Source: an uncultured Eubacteriales bacterium
GTDB taxonomy: Bacteria > Bacillota > Clostridia > Lachnospirales > Lachnospiraceae
NCBI GenBank assembly: GCA_900545455.1
Contig: UQZF01000001.1
Coordinates: forward strand, 1-54,603
Reading direction: 5' to 3'
Length of the DNA stretch: 54,603 bases
Shown in pieces: positions 46,441 through 54,603 of the stretch. The notes below the pieces were generated by a model. It was not told the DNA's origin and searched no databases. It saw only the letters and a list, made by a program, of their open reading frames with translations. Position 1 is the first letter of the stretch; each line of letters starts with the position of its first letter. Both the position numbers and the translations under genes were made by a program.

Positions 46441-48177
46441 ATGGATAAAAAGAGAATACGAATCAGTTTAAAAGTGGTTATTTTGGTTCCCGTTATCATC
46501 CTTGGTATCGTGGCTGTTTTTTCCAATGTGGCGTCACTTATTAATCTTAAGAGGGTTAACACCACAGCGACACAGATAGTTGAGGAGAATCTTTCCAACA
46601 TATCAAGTCTCAGCGAGATTCAGAATGAAGCCCAGAATATACATAAGCTTGCATTGTCACATATAATTGCATCAGATTTTGACACAATGGTTTCACTTGT
46701 TGACTCGGTAAGGCTTGAGGAAGCTAAGCTTGATGAGATGCTCAGCGGGTATTCAAAGAATATACCTTCAGGTGATGAGGAGGCTTTCAACCAGCTTCTT
46801 AACAGTTACGAAGGTTTAAAGTATGAGATAGCAAATCTTCTTGCATACAGCGGTAACAGCAAGAAGACGGCAGCCTATGAGCTTGCCAACGGTGCCATAG
46901 CCGATTACAGCAATGATATGCAGACAAGAATACAGTTTATGATTGACAATGCCAACACACAGTCGGAGCTTGCACAGGAGGAACTTGCACAGCAGTACAA
47001 TACGGCAAGAGTCCGCAATGTATCCATAATTATACTCTGCTTCGTGCTTATCCTGGTTGCTCTGTATTGTGTATTCATGTTTGTCATAAGGAAGTTAAAT
47101 GTAACCAACAAGGAGCTCCGCAGGATTGTCAAGGGCATAGATGAGAGAGAGGGTGACCTTACACAGAGAGTGAGCATTCTTTCAAATGACGAGGTGGCTG
47201 ATCTGGGAAAAGGTATTAATACCTTTATGGAGAAGCTTCAGTATATAATGAAGCTTATTATCTCCAATTCACAGAAACTTGAGGAAGTTGTGGGAGATGT
47301 ACAGCAGAGCATCCGAACCTCCAACGACAGTGCGTCAGATCTCTCAGCGGTCACGGAGGAACTTTCCGCCACGATGCAGGAGATTGAGAATGCGGCATCC
47401 GTAATCAATCAGAATGCCGATGCAGTGCTCAACAAGGTTGTGGAGATAGCGGAAAAGTCCGGAAGTATCAACGATTATTCCAAGGAAATGAAGAAGAGTG
47501 CGGATAAGCTTGAGGCGGATGCGAGAAGCAACATGGAGCAGACGGGCGTTAAGGTTGAGGAAATTCTCAATGTTCTCAATCAGGCAATTGAACAGAGCAG
47601 AAGCGTAGAGCAGGTTAACGGACTTACGAACGATATTTTGAATATATCAAGCCAGACAAATCTTCTTGCGCTCAACGCTTCAATTGAGGCGGCAAGAGCG
47701 GGAGATGCAGGCCGCGGATTTGCCGTTGTGGCAGAGGAAATAAGACAGCTTGCCGATTCAAGCCGTGAGACAGCTAACAGAATTCAGCAGATTAACGGTG
47801 TGGTAACCAACGCGGTACACAATCTGAGCGATAATGCCGGAAATCTTGTCGAATATATGCGCGATTCAATTCTTCCCGAGTTTGAGAACTTTGTCAAAGG
47901 TGGAGCGGAGTACCGTGACAATGCCACATATATTGAGACGGTCATGAATGAATTTACCGAAAAGACGGATGCCTTAAAGAGCGAGGTCGATGCGATTGCA
48001 GGCTCAATAAGCAACATCACCAATGCAATTGAGGAGGGCGCAAGAGGCGTAAGCGGTGCGGCACAGAGTACTCAGACCCTTGTGTCCGATATGGATAACA
48101 TCAACGAGAAGATGAATGAGAATAAGGAGATTGCCGAGGCACTCCTAAAGGAGACTGACATTTTCACCAAGTTTTAG
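46441..48177 (+). CDS. Methyl-accepting chemotaxis protein
   Basis: Two TM helices flanking a sensor domain of about 170 aa, a HAMP region, and the highly conserved [34 protein letters not shown] signalling hairpin. Confidence 0.92.
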   Translation: MDKKRIRISLKVVILVPVIILGIVAVFSNVASLINLKRVNTTATQIVEENLSNISSLSEIQNEAQNIHKLALSHIIASDFDTMVSLVDSVRLEEAKLDEMLSGYSKNIPSGDEEAFNQLLNSYEGLKYEIANLLAYSGNSKKTAAYELANGAIADYSNDMQTRIQFMIDNANTQSELAQEELAQQYNTARVRNVSIIILCFVLILVALYCVFMFVIRKLNVTNKELRRIVKGIDEREGDLTQRVSILSNDEVADLGKGINTFMEKLQYIMKLIISNSQKLEEVVGDVQQSIRTSNDSASDLSAVTEELSATMQEIENAASVINQNADAVLNKVVEIAEKSGSINDYSKEMKKSADKLEADARSNMEQTGVKVEEILNVLNQAIEQSRSVEQVNGLTNDILNISSQTNLLALNASIEAARAGDAGRGFAVVAEEIRQLADSSRETANRIQQINGVVTNAVHNLSDNAGNLVEYMRDSILPEFENFVKGGAEYRDNATYIETVMNEFTEKTDALKSEVDAIAGSISNITNAIEEGARGVSGAAQSTQTLVSDMDNINEKMNENKEIAEALLKETDIFTKF

Positions 48178-48224
48178 CATTTAAACGCCAAAGAATATTA
48201 TCATTTTTTGGCAAACGCATAATT

Positions 48225-48287
48225 CTCCTGTATTTCCACATACTACCCATACAGAACATTTATGGAAAAGTATGTAGAATACAGGAG
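48225..48287 (+). promoter_or_regulatory. 19-20-bp inverted repeat whose right arm contains the spoVT Shine-Dalgarno sequence
   Basis: CTCCTGTATTTCCACATACT (48225-44) pairs with AGTATGTAGAATACAGGAG (48269-87). The spoVT ATG is at 48301. Confidence 0.45.
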
Positions 48288-48300
48288 GATTTTTTTATTT

Positions 48301-48849
48301 ATGAAGGCAACCGGGATAGTGCGTCGAATAGATGATTTGGGGAGGGTGGTCATTCCGAAGGAAATCAGAAGGACTCTCAGAATAAGGGAGGGGGATCCGC
48401 TTGAGATATTTACCGACAGAGAGGGTGAGATTATCCTGAAAAAATATTCTCCGATAGGTGAATTGGGAGGTTTTGCAAGGCAGTATGCAGATGTGCTTGC
48501 GCAAAGCACGGGGCAGATTGTGTGCATCACGGACAGGGATCAGGTCATTGCTTTCGCGGGAGGACCGAAGAAAGATGTTATCCAGAAACCGATAAGCAGA
48601 CAGCTCGAGGAGATTATAGACGGAAGGGAAAGCTTTATAGCGAGCAGGGATGAGAAAAAGTTCGTTCCGATAATTCAGGGTGACAACGATGAGTACAGCT
48701 CCCAGGTCATCAGTCCGATAATCTGCGAGGGCGATGCGATAGGCTCGGTTATAATTACGACGAAGGAACAAAAGGTAAAGTTTACCGATGCCGACAGGAA
48801 GCTTACGGGCTGTGCGGCGGGTTTTTTGGGAAAGCAGATGGAATCATAA
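48301..48849 (+). CDS. spoVT: Stage V sporulation protein T (AbrB-family regulator with GAF-like C-domain)
   Basis: MKATGIVRRIDDLGRVVIPKEIRRTLRIREGDPLEIF swapped-hairpin N-domain; 182 aa. The position relative to mfd and yabO-yabQ is conserved. Confidence 0.92.
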   Translation: MKATGIVRRIDDLGRVVIPKEIRRTLRIREGDPLEIFTDREGEIILKKYSPIGELGGFARQYADVLAQSTGQIVCITDRDQVIAFAGGPKKDVIQKPISRQLEEIIDGRESFIASRDEKKFVPIIQGDNDEYSSQVISPIICEGDAIGSVIITTKEQKVKFTDADRKLTGCAAGFLGKQMES

Positions 48850-48876
48850 AAAAACCCCTAAAATGCTTATTTTTCC

Positions 48877-48905
48877 TTGACAAATATAGGCAAAACATAT
48901 ATAAA
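48877..48905 (+). promoter_or_regulatory. Sigma-A-type promoter TTGACA-17 nt-TATAAA upstream of hup
   Basis: TTGACA at 48877-82 and TATAAA at 48900-05. Confidence 0.55.
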
Positions 48906-48949
48906 TAATTGTGAAGGTTCAATATTTATTTCAGGAGGATTTTTCTAAA

Positions 48950-49225
48950 ATGAACAAGACAGAATTAGTTGCAGCTATCGCTGAAAAGACAGAGTTATCT
49001 AAGAAGGATGCTGAGAAGGCACTCAAGGCTTTCACAGATGTAGTTGCTGAGGAGTTAAAGAAGGGTGAGAAGATTCAGTTAGTTGGCTTTGGTACATTTG
49101 AAGTAGCTGAGAGACCTGCAAGAGACGGAAGAAACCCACTCACAGGTAAGGCTATGAAGATTCCTGCTTCTAAGAGCCCTAAGTTCAAGGCCGGCAAGGC
49201 ACTCAAGGATACAGTTAACGCTTAA
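48950..49225 (+). CDS. hup: DNA-binding protein HU
   Basis: 91 aa. MNKTELVAAIAEK...GFGTFEVAERPARDGRNPLTGK..KFKAGKALKD. AGGAGGA RBS. The ORF-track start at 48911 is rejected. Confidence 0.95.
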   Translation: MNKTELVAAIAEKTELSKKDAEKALKAFTDVVAEELKKGEKIQLVGFGTFEVAERPARDGRNPLTGKAMKIPASKSPKFKAGKALKDTVNA

Positions 49226-49255
49226 TTGCTTCCTGAGAATCAGAACGAATGATGA

Positions 49256-49295
49256 CATCCCAAGACTGCATCCCATGTGGTCTTGGGATGTTTTT
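49256..49295 (+). terminator. Rho-independent terminator of hup
   Basis: CATCCCAAGAC / GTCTTGGGATG 11-bp stem followed by T5. Confidence 0.85.
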
Positions 49296-49355
49296 CATGT
49301 AATAGGAAACTTCGTTCCTATAACAGGAAATTTTTATTAAGAGAAAGAGGAATAT

Positions 49356-49595
49356 ATGAGACTGGATAAATATTTAAAGGTATCAAGACTGATAAAGAGG
49401 AGAACCGTTGCCAATGAGGCGTGCGATGCGGGACGTGTACTTGTGAATGACAAGCCTGCCAAGGCATCGTGTGAGGTTAAGGTGGGAGACACGATAGAGA
49501 TTGCCTTCGGAACGAAGAATGTGAAGGTTGAGGTTCTCGACATTGTGGAGACTACCAAGAAAGAAGAAGCCAAGGACATGTTTAAATATCTGTAA
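49356..49595 (+). CDS. yabO: RNA-binding S4-domain protein (YabO/Hsp15-like)
   Basis: MRLDKYLKVSRLIKRRTVANEACDAGRVLVN S4 motif; 79 aa; syntenic position. Confidence 0.88.
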   Translation: MRLDKYLKVSRLIKRRTVANEACDAGRVLVNDKPAKASCEVKVGDTIEIAFGTKNVKVEVLDIVETTKKEEAKDMFKYL

Positions 49596-49664
49596 AATCC
49601 GTGCATAAATTCATCCCAGCGATAATATATTTACTGTATGAATCGTTCTGATAGGGGGATGAAT

Positions 49665-49952
49665 ATGGAGGAACTGCAGGTTTCGGGCAAGGTACATAAA
49701 ATATCATCTAACAACAGAAAAAATTGCAGTATAACCGGTGTCACCGATGTTATTTCCTTTGATTTAAATCAGGTGTTGTTAGAGACTGAATACGGGATGC
49801 TCACAATAAAGGGACATGATCTTCATGTCGGCAGGCTGTCTGTGGATAAGGGAGAACTTGAGGTTGACGGCAAGATTGACAGTTACGTATATTCGGAGGT
49901 CGTAAGTGCGGCCAAGAAGGGGGAATCTTTCCTTAACAGGCTTTTTAAATAG
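49665..49952 (+). CDS. yabP: Sporulation protein YabP
   Basis: About 95 aa. ITGVTDVISFD...LLETEYGMLTIKGHDLHV..L....GELEVDGKI pattern of the YabP family. Start chosen for RBS AGGGGG spacing (alternatives 49638 and 49659). Confidence 0.8.
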   Translation: MEELQVSGKVHKISSNNRKNCSITGVTDVISFDLNQVLLETEYGMLTIKGHDLHVGRLSVDKGELEVDGKIDSYVYSEVVSAAKKGESFLNRLFK

Positions 49953-49978
49953 AGGTTAAAGGAGAGAGGTGCTGCCGT

Positions 49979-50359
49979 TTGAGAGAGTTTATCGCACATG
50001 AATTTCGGTTCCTTTTGTGGTGTCTGTGCTGCGGGGCAATGCTTGGTGCGGTCTATCGTGTTCTGGTTGTGTTCAGAAAGCTGGTCAGGCATAACGTTTT
50101 TTTTGTGGCTGTGGAGGATGTGTTTTACTGGTTTATGTCCGCTTTTTTGATGTTTGCGGTGATACTTGTTGCAAATGACGGTGCGGCAAGATGGTTTTCT
50201 GTTGCGGGGATGGCTGCAGGAATGGTAATTGTATCCTGTATATTGAAATATATGGAAAAAGGGGTTACAATCTTATATTATAAGTTGGGAAAGGTTCGTG
50301 GTCGCAGAAATGACACAGGAGAACACAAAGCAGGGAAACATAAGAAGAAAAAAGAATAA
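49979..50359 (+). CDS. yabQ: Spore cortex biosynthesis protein YabQ-like small membrane protein
   Basis: 126 aa with 3-4 hydrophobic helices and a basic tail, located between yabP and divIC. TTG start after a GGAGAGAGG RBS. Confidence 0.6.
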   Translation: MREFIAHEFRFLLWCLCCGAMLGAVYRVLVVFRKLVRHNVFFVAVEDVFYWFMSAFLMFAVILVANDGAARWFSVAGMAAGMVIVSCILKYMEKGVTILYYKLGKVRGRRNDTGEHKAGKHKKKKE

Positions 50360-50684
50360 TTACAGCAGACATGCGGTTGTGGTCAGAAACCGCAGGATAG
50401 CGCACAATTATACATGGCTTGCGGGATTTGCCGTGATAATACTTATGGTTATTATATGCTTTGCCGTGAACAGAGCCGCGGGAAGGTTAGAGGAAAAAAA
50501 TGCCGTGTATGATGCGCAGATAGCACAGCTTGAGACTCAGATCAGCGAGCAGGCACAGCGCACCGATGAGCTGCAGACACGTTCCATATATGTGACAACC
50601 AAGCAGTTTATTGAGGAGTTCGCAAGGGAAAAATTAGGTCTTGTTTATAAGGATGAGCTGATATTCAGACCACAGGACAAGTAA
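50298..50684 (+). CDS. divIC: Septum formation initiator (DivIC/FtsB family)
   Basis: Single TM (WLAGFAVIILMVIICFAV) followed by a coiled coil (YDAQIAQLETQISEQAQRTDELQ) and an EEFAREKLGLVYKDE tail. The start is uncertain (GTG 50298 or ATG 50310); the gene overlaps the yabQ 3' end. Confidence 0.8.
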   Translation: MVAEMTQENTKQGNIRRKKNNYSRHAVVVRNRRIAHNYTWLAGFAVIILMVIICFAVNRAAGRLEEKNAVYDAQIAQLETQISEQAQRTDELQTRSIYVTTKQFIEEFAREKLGLVYKDELIFRPQDK

Positions 50685-50733
50685 ATACATTTTGTGATAA
50701 ATATAAGGGGATGGATTCTAAGGGGAGAATCGA

Positions 50734-51822
50734 ATGGACAATATATTCTATTCACAGGGAAAACTCAGAGAATATGCTGATGCGTTTCGCAGGCTTACGG
50801 ATATATACGGAGGCAGCAGGGCAGGCGCACTTCTTCTACAGCTGAAGGAGACGGCGGCGATGTTAGAGCGCATATCGGGCGGAACACAGACAGAGGGACT
50901 TATAGACGATAGGCATAAGAATGAACTTCTGGCATATTTTAAGAATGAGGGAATATATGTGGGAGGTATACTTATCCTGGAGCCGGCTCCAGGGAGAATC
51001 GAGCTTGTGCTGCGGCTTTCAAAAAAGCGCGGCTGCATAACGGCAGGGCAGCTTGCGGTCGATATAGGAACCGTTATAGGAAGAAGGCTGAGAGCAGCAG
51101 AGGGAAGCAGGCGGGTGCTGACGAGGGATGAGGGCGAGTTCATTCTCGAGGAGGCAACAGATTATCGGCTTTTGTTCGGACATGCAGAGTGCAGCAAGGG
51201 TTTTGCAAGAATCTCGGGCGACAATTATTCCTATATCAGTGTCGAGGGTGGAAAGAGTATTGTAACACTTGCTGACGGAATGGGCTGTGGGAGCAGTGCA
51301 AATGAGTACAGCACAAGGTTCATCGAGCTGCTGGAGCAGTTTTTGGATGCGGGGTTTTCCGAGGAGGCGTCAATACAGCTTTTAAATGATGCATTTGCCG
51401 ACAATGACACAAACGGTATTCCCGTAACGCTTGATATGTGCAGCATCGATGAGTACGATGGCAATGCAGACTTTCGCAAGATGGGGGCGGTTCCGAGCTT
51501 TATCAAAGGGCGGGACGGTGTCCGTGTGATTGAGACATCATCACTGCCGGCAGGGGTAATAAGCGGCAGCGGAATCAATTATTCATCGGTGAAGCTTCAG
51601 GATGGGGAATATATAATAATGATGAGTGACGGTGTGCTTGATGCATTGCCGTTTTACGATAAGGAAAAACGAATGAAAGAGATAATCGACGGGATAGAAG
51701 AACGTATGCCGCAGGCGATTGCAGAGCGAATCTTAAATGAAGTGTATTATTATGACGATAAGATTGCAGATGATATGACCGTCCTTGTAACAGGAGTATG
51801 GAAGATAAGGAACGGTGAATGA
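50734..51822 (+). CDS. spoIIE: SpoIIE-type PP2C phosphatase lacking the N-terminal membrane domain
   Basis: 362 aa. ISGDNYSY..LADGMGCGSSA, MMSDGVLD and DDMTVLV PP2C/SpoIIE motifs. Syntenic position (divIC-spoIIE-tilS). No TM segments, and only a 49-nt gap to divIC. Confidence 0.8.
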   Translation: MDNIFYSQGKLREYADAFRRLTDIYGGSRAGALLLQLKETAAMLERISGGTQTEGLIDDRHKNELLAYFKNEGIYVGGILILEPAPGRIELVLRLSKKRGCITAGQLAVDIGTVIGRRLRAAEGSRRVLTRDEGEFILEEATDYRLLFGHAECSKGFARISGDNYSYISVEGGKSIVTLADGMGCGSSANEYSTRFIELLEQFLDAGFSEEASIQLLNDAFADNDTNGIPVTLDMCSIDEYDGNADFRKMGAVPSFIKGRDGVRVIETSSLPAGVISGSGINYSSVKLQDGEYIIMMSDGVLDALPFYDKEKRMKEIIDGIEERMPQAIAERILNEVYYYDDKIADDMTVLVTGVWKIRNGE

Positions 51823-51823
51823 T

Positions 51824-53281
51824 ATGTATGACAGGATAAAAGAGTATATTGAAAAGAATCGTATGCTTGAAGGCATTGAGAGGGTTGTTGTCGGATTGTC
51901 CGGCGGAGCCGATTCCGTATGCCTTCTTTTCATGCTGTACAGATATGTGCGTGAGTATAACAGGACTGCATGCGGCAGGGAGATTAAGCTCATTGCCGTG
52001 CATGTGCATCACGGAATAAGAGGTGCGGACGCGGATGCGGATGCCGTATACTGTCGTGAACTGTGCGCCAAGCTCGGAACAGAGTATAAGCAGTATTCTT
52101 TTGACGTTCCGCTTCTGGCACACAGCAGCGGTATGGGCGAGGAAGAGACGGGCAGAAATTTACGGTATAAAGTTTTCAGGGAGAATGCGGGCAATGACGG
52201 GCGCGGAGCAATCGCGGTTGCGCACCACCGGAATGATCAGGCGGAGACTGTGCTGTTTCATATAGCGAGGGGCTCGTTTTTGTCGGGAGGACGCGGTATG
52301 GAGCCCGTATCGGATGGAGTCATCAGACCGCTTTTGTGTGTATCCAAAAGAGATATTGAGAGCTGGCTGGATGCTAACGACATACGGTATTGCACGGACA
52401 GTACCAATTTTGACGAAGAATATGCAAGAAATGCAATCCGCCTTAAGGTTATACCGTATCTTGAGGAATATGTAAACGGAGGCGCTGTCGCCAATATATG
52501 CCGGTATGCTGAGGGGATGGCGCAGGTCAACGATTATATTTCGGAGCAGACCAGAGCCGCGTATGAGCATTATGTGGAGGAGATACGGAGCGAAAAAGGC
52601 TGTACGGTAAATATCTCCATAAAGCTGCTGGAGGAACATTCTGTTATATGCAGGGCGGTTATCTATGATGTGCTTAAAAGGCTCTGTGGGGCAAAGGACC
52701 TCGAGGATAAGCATGTAGCGCTGTGTGTTGATTTGTTTTCAAAGCAAAGCGGAAAGAGAATTAATCTCCCGAAATCAATTACGGCGGTAAGAAATTATGA
52801 CGGAATTGTTTTGTACAATATGAGTAATACTAAACCTGAGACGGATGACGGATGCAGTATAGTCAGTACGATAATAGATTGTAATGACGTGGATGATAAT
52901 GTGCATTTTGACGAATTGCTTTATAACATAATTGATAAAAATTTAATGAATGACAACTGTACTAAATTCTTTGATTATGGTAAAATAAAAAAATATATCA
53001 CTGACTGTGCCTGCACGGAAAGCTTGCGCATACGCCACAGGATGGAAGGCGATTATATGGTTATAGGTTATCACGAGCCTGAGCACAGAGCATACACAAA
53101 GAAGCTCAAGGAGATTTTTATTGATTCTAAGATTCCGGCTGACCAAAGAGACAGCGTATGGCTGTGTGCCATAGGCAGCAGAATACTATGGGCGGCAGGG
53201 ATAAGAAGATGTGCGGAGTTTCTTGTAGACAAGGATACTAAGACGCTTCTCAAGCTCGAATCAGTACAGGAACAGAGATAA
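51824..53281 (+). CDS. tilS: tRNA(Ile)-lysidine synthetase
   Basis: PP-loop VGLSGGADS, HHGIRG and VAHHRNDQAET blocks; about 485 aa. Confidence 0.92.
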   Translation: MYDRIKEYIEKNRMLEGIERVVVGLSGGADSVCLLFMLYRYVREYNRTACGREIKLIAVHVHHGIRGADADADAVYCRELCAKLGTEYKQYSFDVPLLAHSSGMGEEETGRNLRYKVFRENAGNDGRGAIAVAHHRNDQAETVLFHIARGSFLSGGRGMEPVSDGVIRPLLCVSKRDIESWLDANDIRYCTDSTNFDEEYARNAIRLKVIPYLEEYVNGGAVANICRYAEGMAQVNDYISEQTRAAYEHYVEEIRSEKGCTVNISIKLLEEHSVICRAVIYDVLKRLCGAKDLEDKHVALCVDLFSKQSGKRINLPKSITAVRNYDGIVLYNMSNTKPETDDGCSIVSTIIDCNDVDDNVHFDELLYNIIDKNLMNDNCTKFFDYGKIKKYITDCACTESLRIRHRMEGDYMVIGYHEPEHRAYTKKLKEIFIDSKIPADQRDSVWLCAIGSRILWAAGIRRCAEFLVDKDTKTLLKLESVQEQR

Positions 53282-53296
53282 AAACGGAGGTTGCAA

Positions 53297-53833
53297 ATGA
53301 AAGAATCAGTTAGGGTCTTACTGACCGAAGAAGAAGTTGACAGAAAAATTGACGAACTTGGTGCACAGATTACAAAAGATTATGCGGGAAAGAAGCTGCA
53401 CCTTATATGTATCCTTAAGGGCGGAGCACCTTTTATGTGTGAACTGGCAAAAAGAATTAATCTTCCGCTTACCATGGACTTTATGTCAGTTGCAAGCTAT
53501 GAGGGCACAGCGTCAACAGGACACATCAATCTTAAGAAGGATTTGGATGAGCCGGTTGAGGGACTTGATGTGCTTGTTGTCGAGGACATCATCGATTCGG
53601 GACGTACACTCAGTCATCTCGTAAAGCTATTAGGAGACAGAAAAGCTGCGAGTGTAAAGCTCTGCACACTGCTTGATAAGCCTGAGCGCAGAGTTGTCAA
53701 GGACATTAAGGTTGATTACTGCGGATTTAATATTCCGGATGCCTTTGTTGTGGGATACGGACTTGACTATAATCAGAGATATAGAAATCTGCCATATATA
53801 GGAGTGGTGGAGTTTGAGGAGGAGAACAGTTGA
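53297..53833 (+). CDS. hpt: Hypoxanthine phosphoribosyltransferase
   Basis: [17 protein letters not shown]-binding motif; 178 aa. The ATG at 53297 follows a GGAGG RBS. Confidence 0.93.
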   Translation: MKESVRVLLTEEEVDRKIDELGAQITKDYAGKKLHLICILKGGAPFMCELAKRINLPLTMDFMSVASYEGTASTGHINLKKDLDEPVEGLDVLVVEDIIDSGRTLSHLVKLLGDRKAASVKLCTLLDKPERRVVKDIKVDYCGFNIPDAFVVGYGLDYNQRYRNLPYIGVVEFEEENS

Positions 53834-54603
53834 ACAGACAATTCAGAGGAGGAATAATCTATCTTGTCATCATTCTCGTGGTAATGTATTTTATCATGAG
53901 CTTCAGCTCATTCGGCAAGAGCAGTTCCTCGTATGGCTACAGTGATTTTATCAGCGACATCGAAGCCGGAAATGTGGCAAAGGTTGAGATTTCGCAGAAC
54001 TCAGAGGTACCTACGGGTACGGTAAAGGTTACATTCATCGAGAGCGGCAAGAGCTCGGAGCGTTTCAATGTACCCGATGTAAATGATATTACGGCGCTTG
54101 TCATCGCACAGGGCTCGGTCAAGCTTGTTGTGAATGATGTTGTCAGGGAGAGCATATTCTTAACGACAATCCTTCCGTTCCTGCTTATCGCGGTTGCGAT
54201 GGTGATGGTCACACTCATAATTAACAGACAGGCAGCAGGCGGTGGCGGCGGGGCCAACTCGAAGATGATGAACTTCGGAAAGAGCCGCGCCAAGATGACA
54301 GATCCGAATGCTCCGGGGCGCGTCACCTTCAAGGATGTCGCAGGTCTTGCGGAGGAGAAGGAGGAGCTTGAGGAGATTGTTGACTTCCTAAAGTATCCTA
54401 AGAAGTATGTTGAAATAGGTGCGAGAATCCCTAAAGGCGTTATTCTCACAGGTCCTCCGGGAACAGGTAAGACACTCCTTGCCAAGGCTGTCGCAGGCGA
54501 GGCCGGAGTTCCGTTCTTCTCAATCTCGGGTTCTGATTTTGTCGAGATGTTCGTCGGCGTGGGAGCTTCGAGAGTGCGTGACCTCTTCGAGGACGGCAAG
54601 AAG
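53830..54603 (+). CDS. ftsH: ATP-dependent zinc metalloprotease FtsH (5' part only; runs off the window)
   Basis: My own translation from the TTG at 53830 gives [18 protein letters not shown].. (TM1), a periplasmic domain, TM2, then [22 protein letters not shown] and [23 protein letters not shown] (AAA+ Walker A). The frame is open to nt 54603. Not listed in the ORF track because there is no stop in the window. Confidence 0.93.
   Translation, partial: MNRQFRGGIIYLVIILVVMYFIMSFSSFGKSSSSYGYSDFISDIEAGNVAKVEISQNSEVPTGTVKVTFIESGKSSERFNVPDVNDITALVIAQGSVKLVVNDVVRESIFLTTILPFLLIAVAMVMVTLIINRQAAGGGGGANSKMMNFGKSRAKMTDPNAPGRVTFKDVAGLAEEKEELEEIVDFLKYPKKYVEIGARIPKGVILTGPPGTGKTLLAKAVAGEAGVPFFSISGSDFVEMFVGVGASRVRDLFEDGKK

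Noticed and set aside
48187-48212. Hairpin GCCAAA-N14-TTTGGC after the MCP gene as a terminator
   Set aside because: The stem is only 6 bp with a 14-nt loop, and no T-run follows. That is too weak to call.
4247-48300. Prophage, ICE or transposon as the origin of the 44-kb accessory block
   Set aside because: I recognised no integrase, recombinase, transposase, relaxase, phage structural gene, tRNA target or flanking direct repeat.
53937-54599. 220-aa minus-strand ORF at the window end
   Set aside because: It is antisense to ftsH, whose plus-strand translation shows the TM helices and the AAA+ Walker A motif. It is a shadow ORF.

Overview
This is a 54.6-kb contig fragment from a low-to-mid-GC Firmicute. 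Gene content (SpoVT, YabP/YabQ, SpoIIE-type phosphatase, DivIC, GH36/GH43, MCP) suggests Clostridia, possibly Lachnospiraceae-like. All calls come from motifs read in the supplied translations and from manual inspection of intergenic DNA; no homology search was possible. Nt 1-35 are a sequencing artefact: a T-run followed by an exact Illumina P7 adapter.

The conserved backbone pth-mfd (62-4246) and spoVT-hup-yabO-yabP-yabQ-divIC-spoIIE-tilS-hpt-ftsH (48301-54603, ftsH truncated by the window end) is split by about 44 kb of accessory DNA.

The accessory block contains:
1. An unusual nucleotide-deoxysugar cluster (4335-17904). It combines CDP-glucose activation (RfbF/RfbG), an E1/SpnQ-type 3-dehydrase, a ThDP-dependent YerE-like branching enzyme with an SDR, and a 2,3-dehydratase/3-ketoreductase pair. 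A GtrB-like polyprenyl-phosphate GT2 and large polytopic membrane proteins follow.
2. A convergent pair of paralogous membrane-anchored proteins, one of them coupled to a TetR gene.
3. A translationally coupled GH43 / 874-aa unknown repeat protein / GGDEF-EAL operon.
4. A TetR-controlled alpha-galactoside locus with an embedded GT-B enzyme.
5. An acyltransferase-GT8-GT2-acyltransferase cluster preceded by a roughly 200-bp palindromic element, with a partial inverted copy 1 kb away.
6. A MarR plus heterodimeric ABC exporter, PepP, an HD-GYP protein, and an orphan solute-binding protein paired with an MCP.

The best candidate for something undescribed is the deoxysugar cluster. It is predicted to make a C-branched di- or trideoxyhexose for extracytoplasmic cell-surface decoration.
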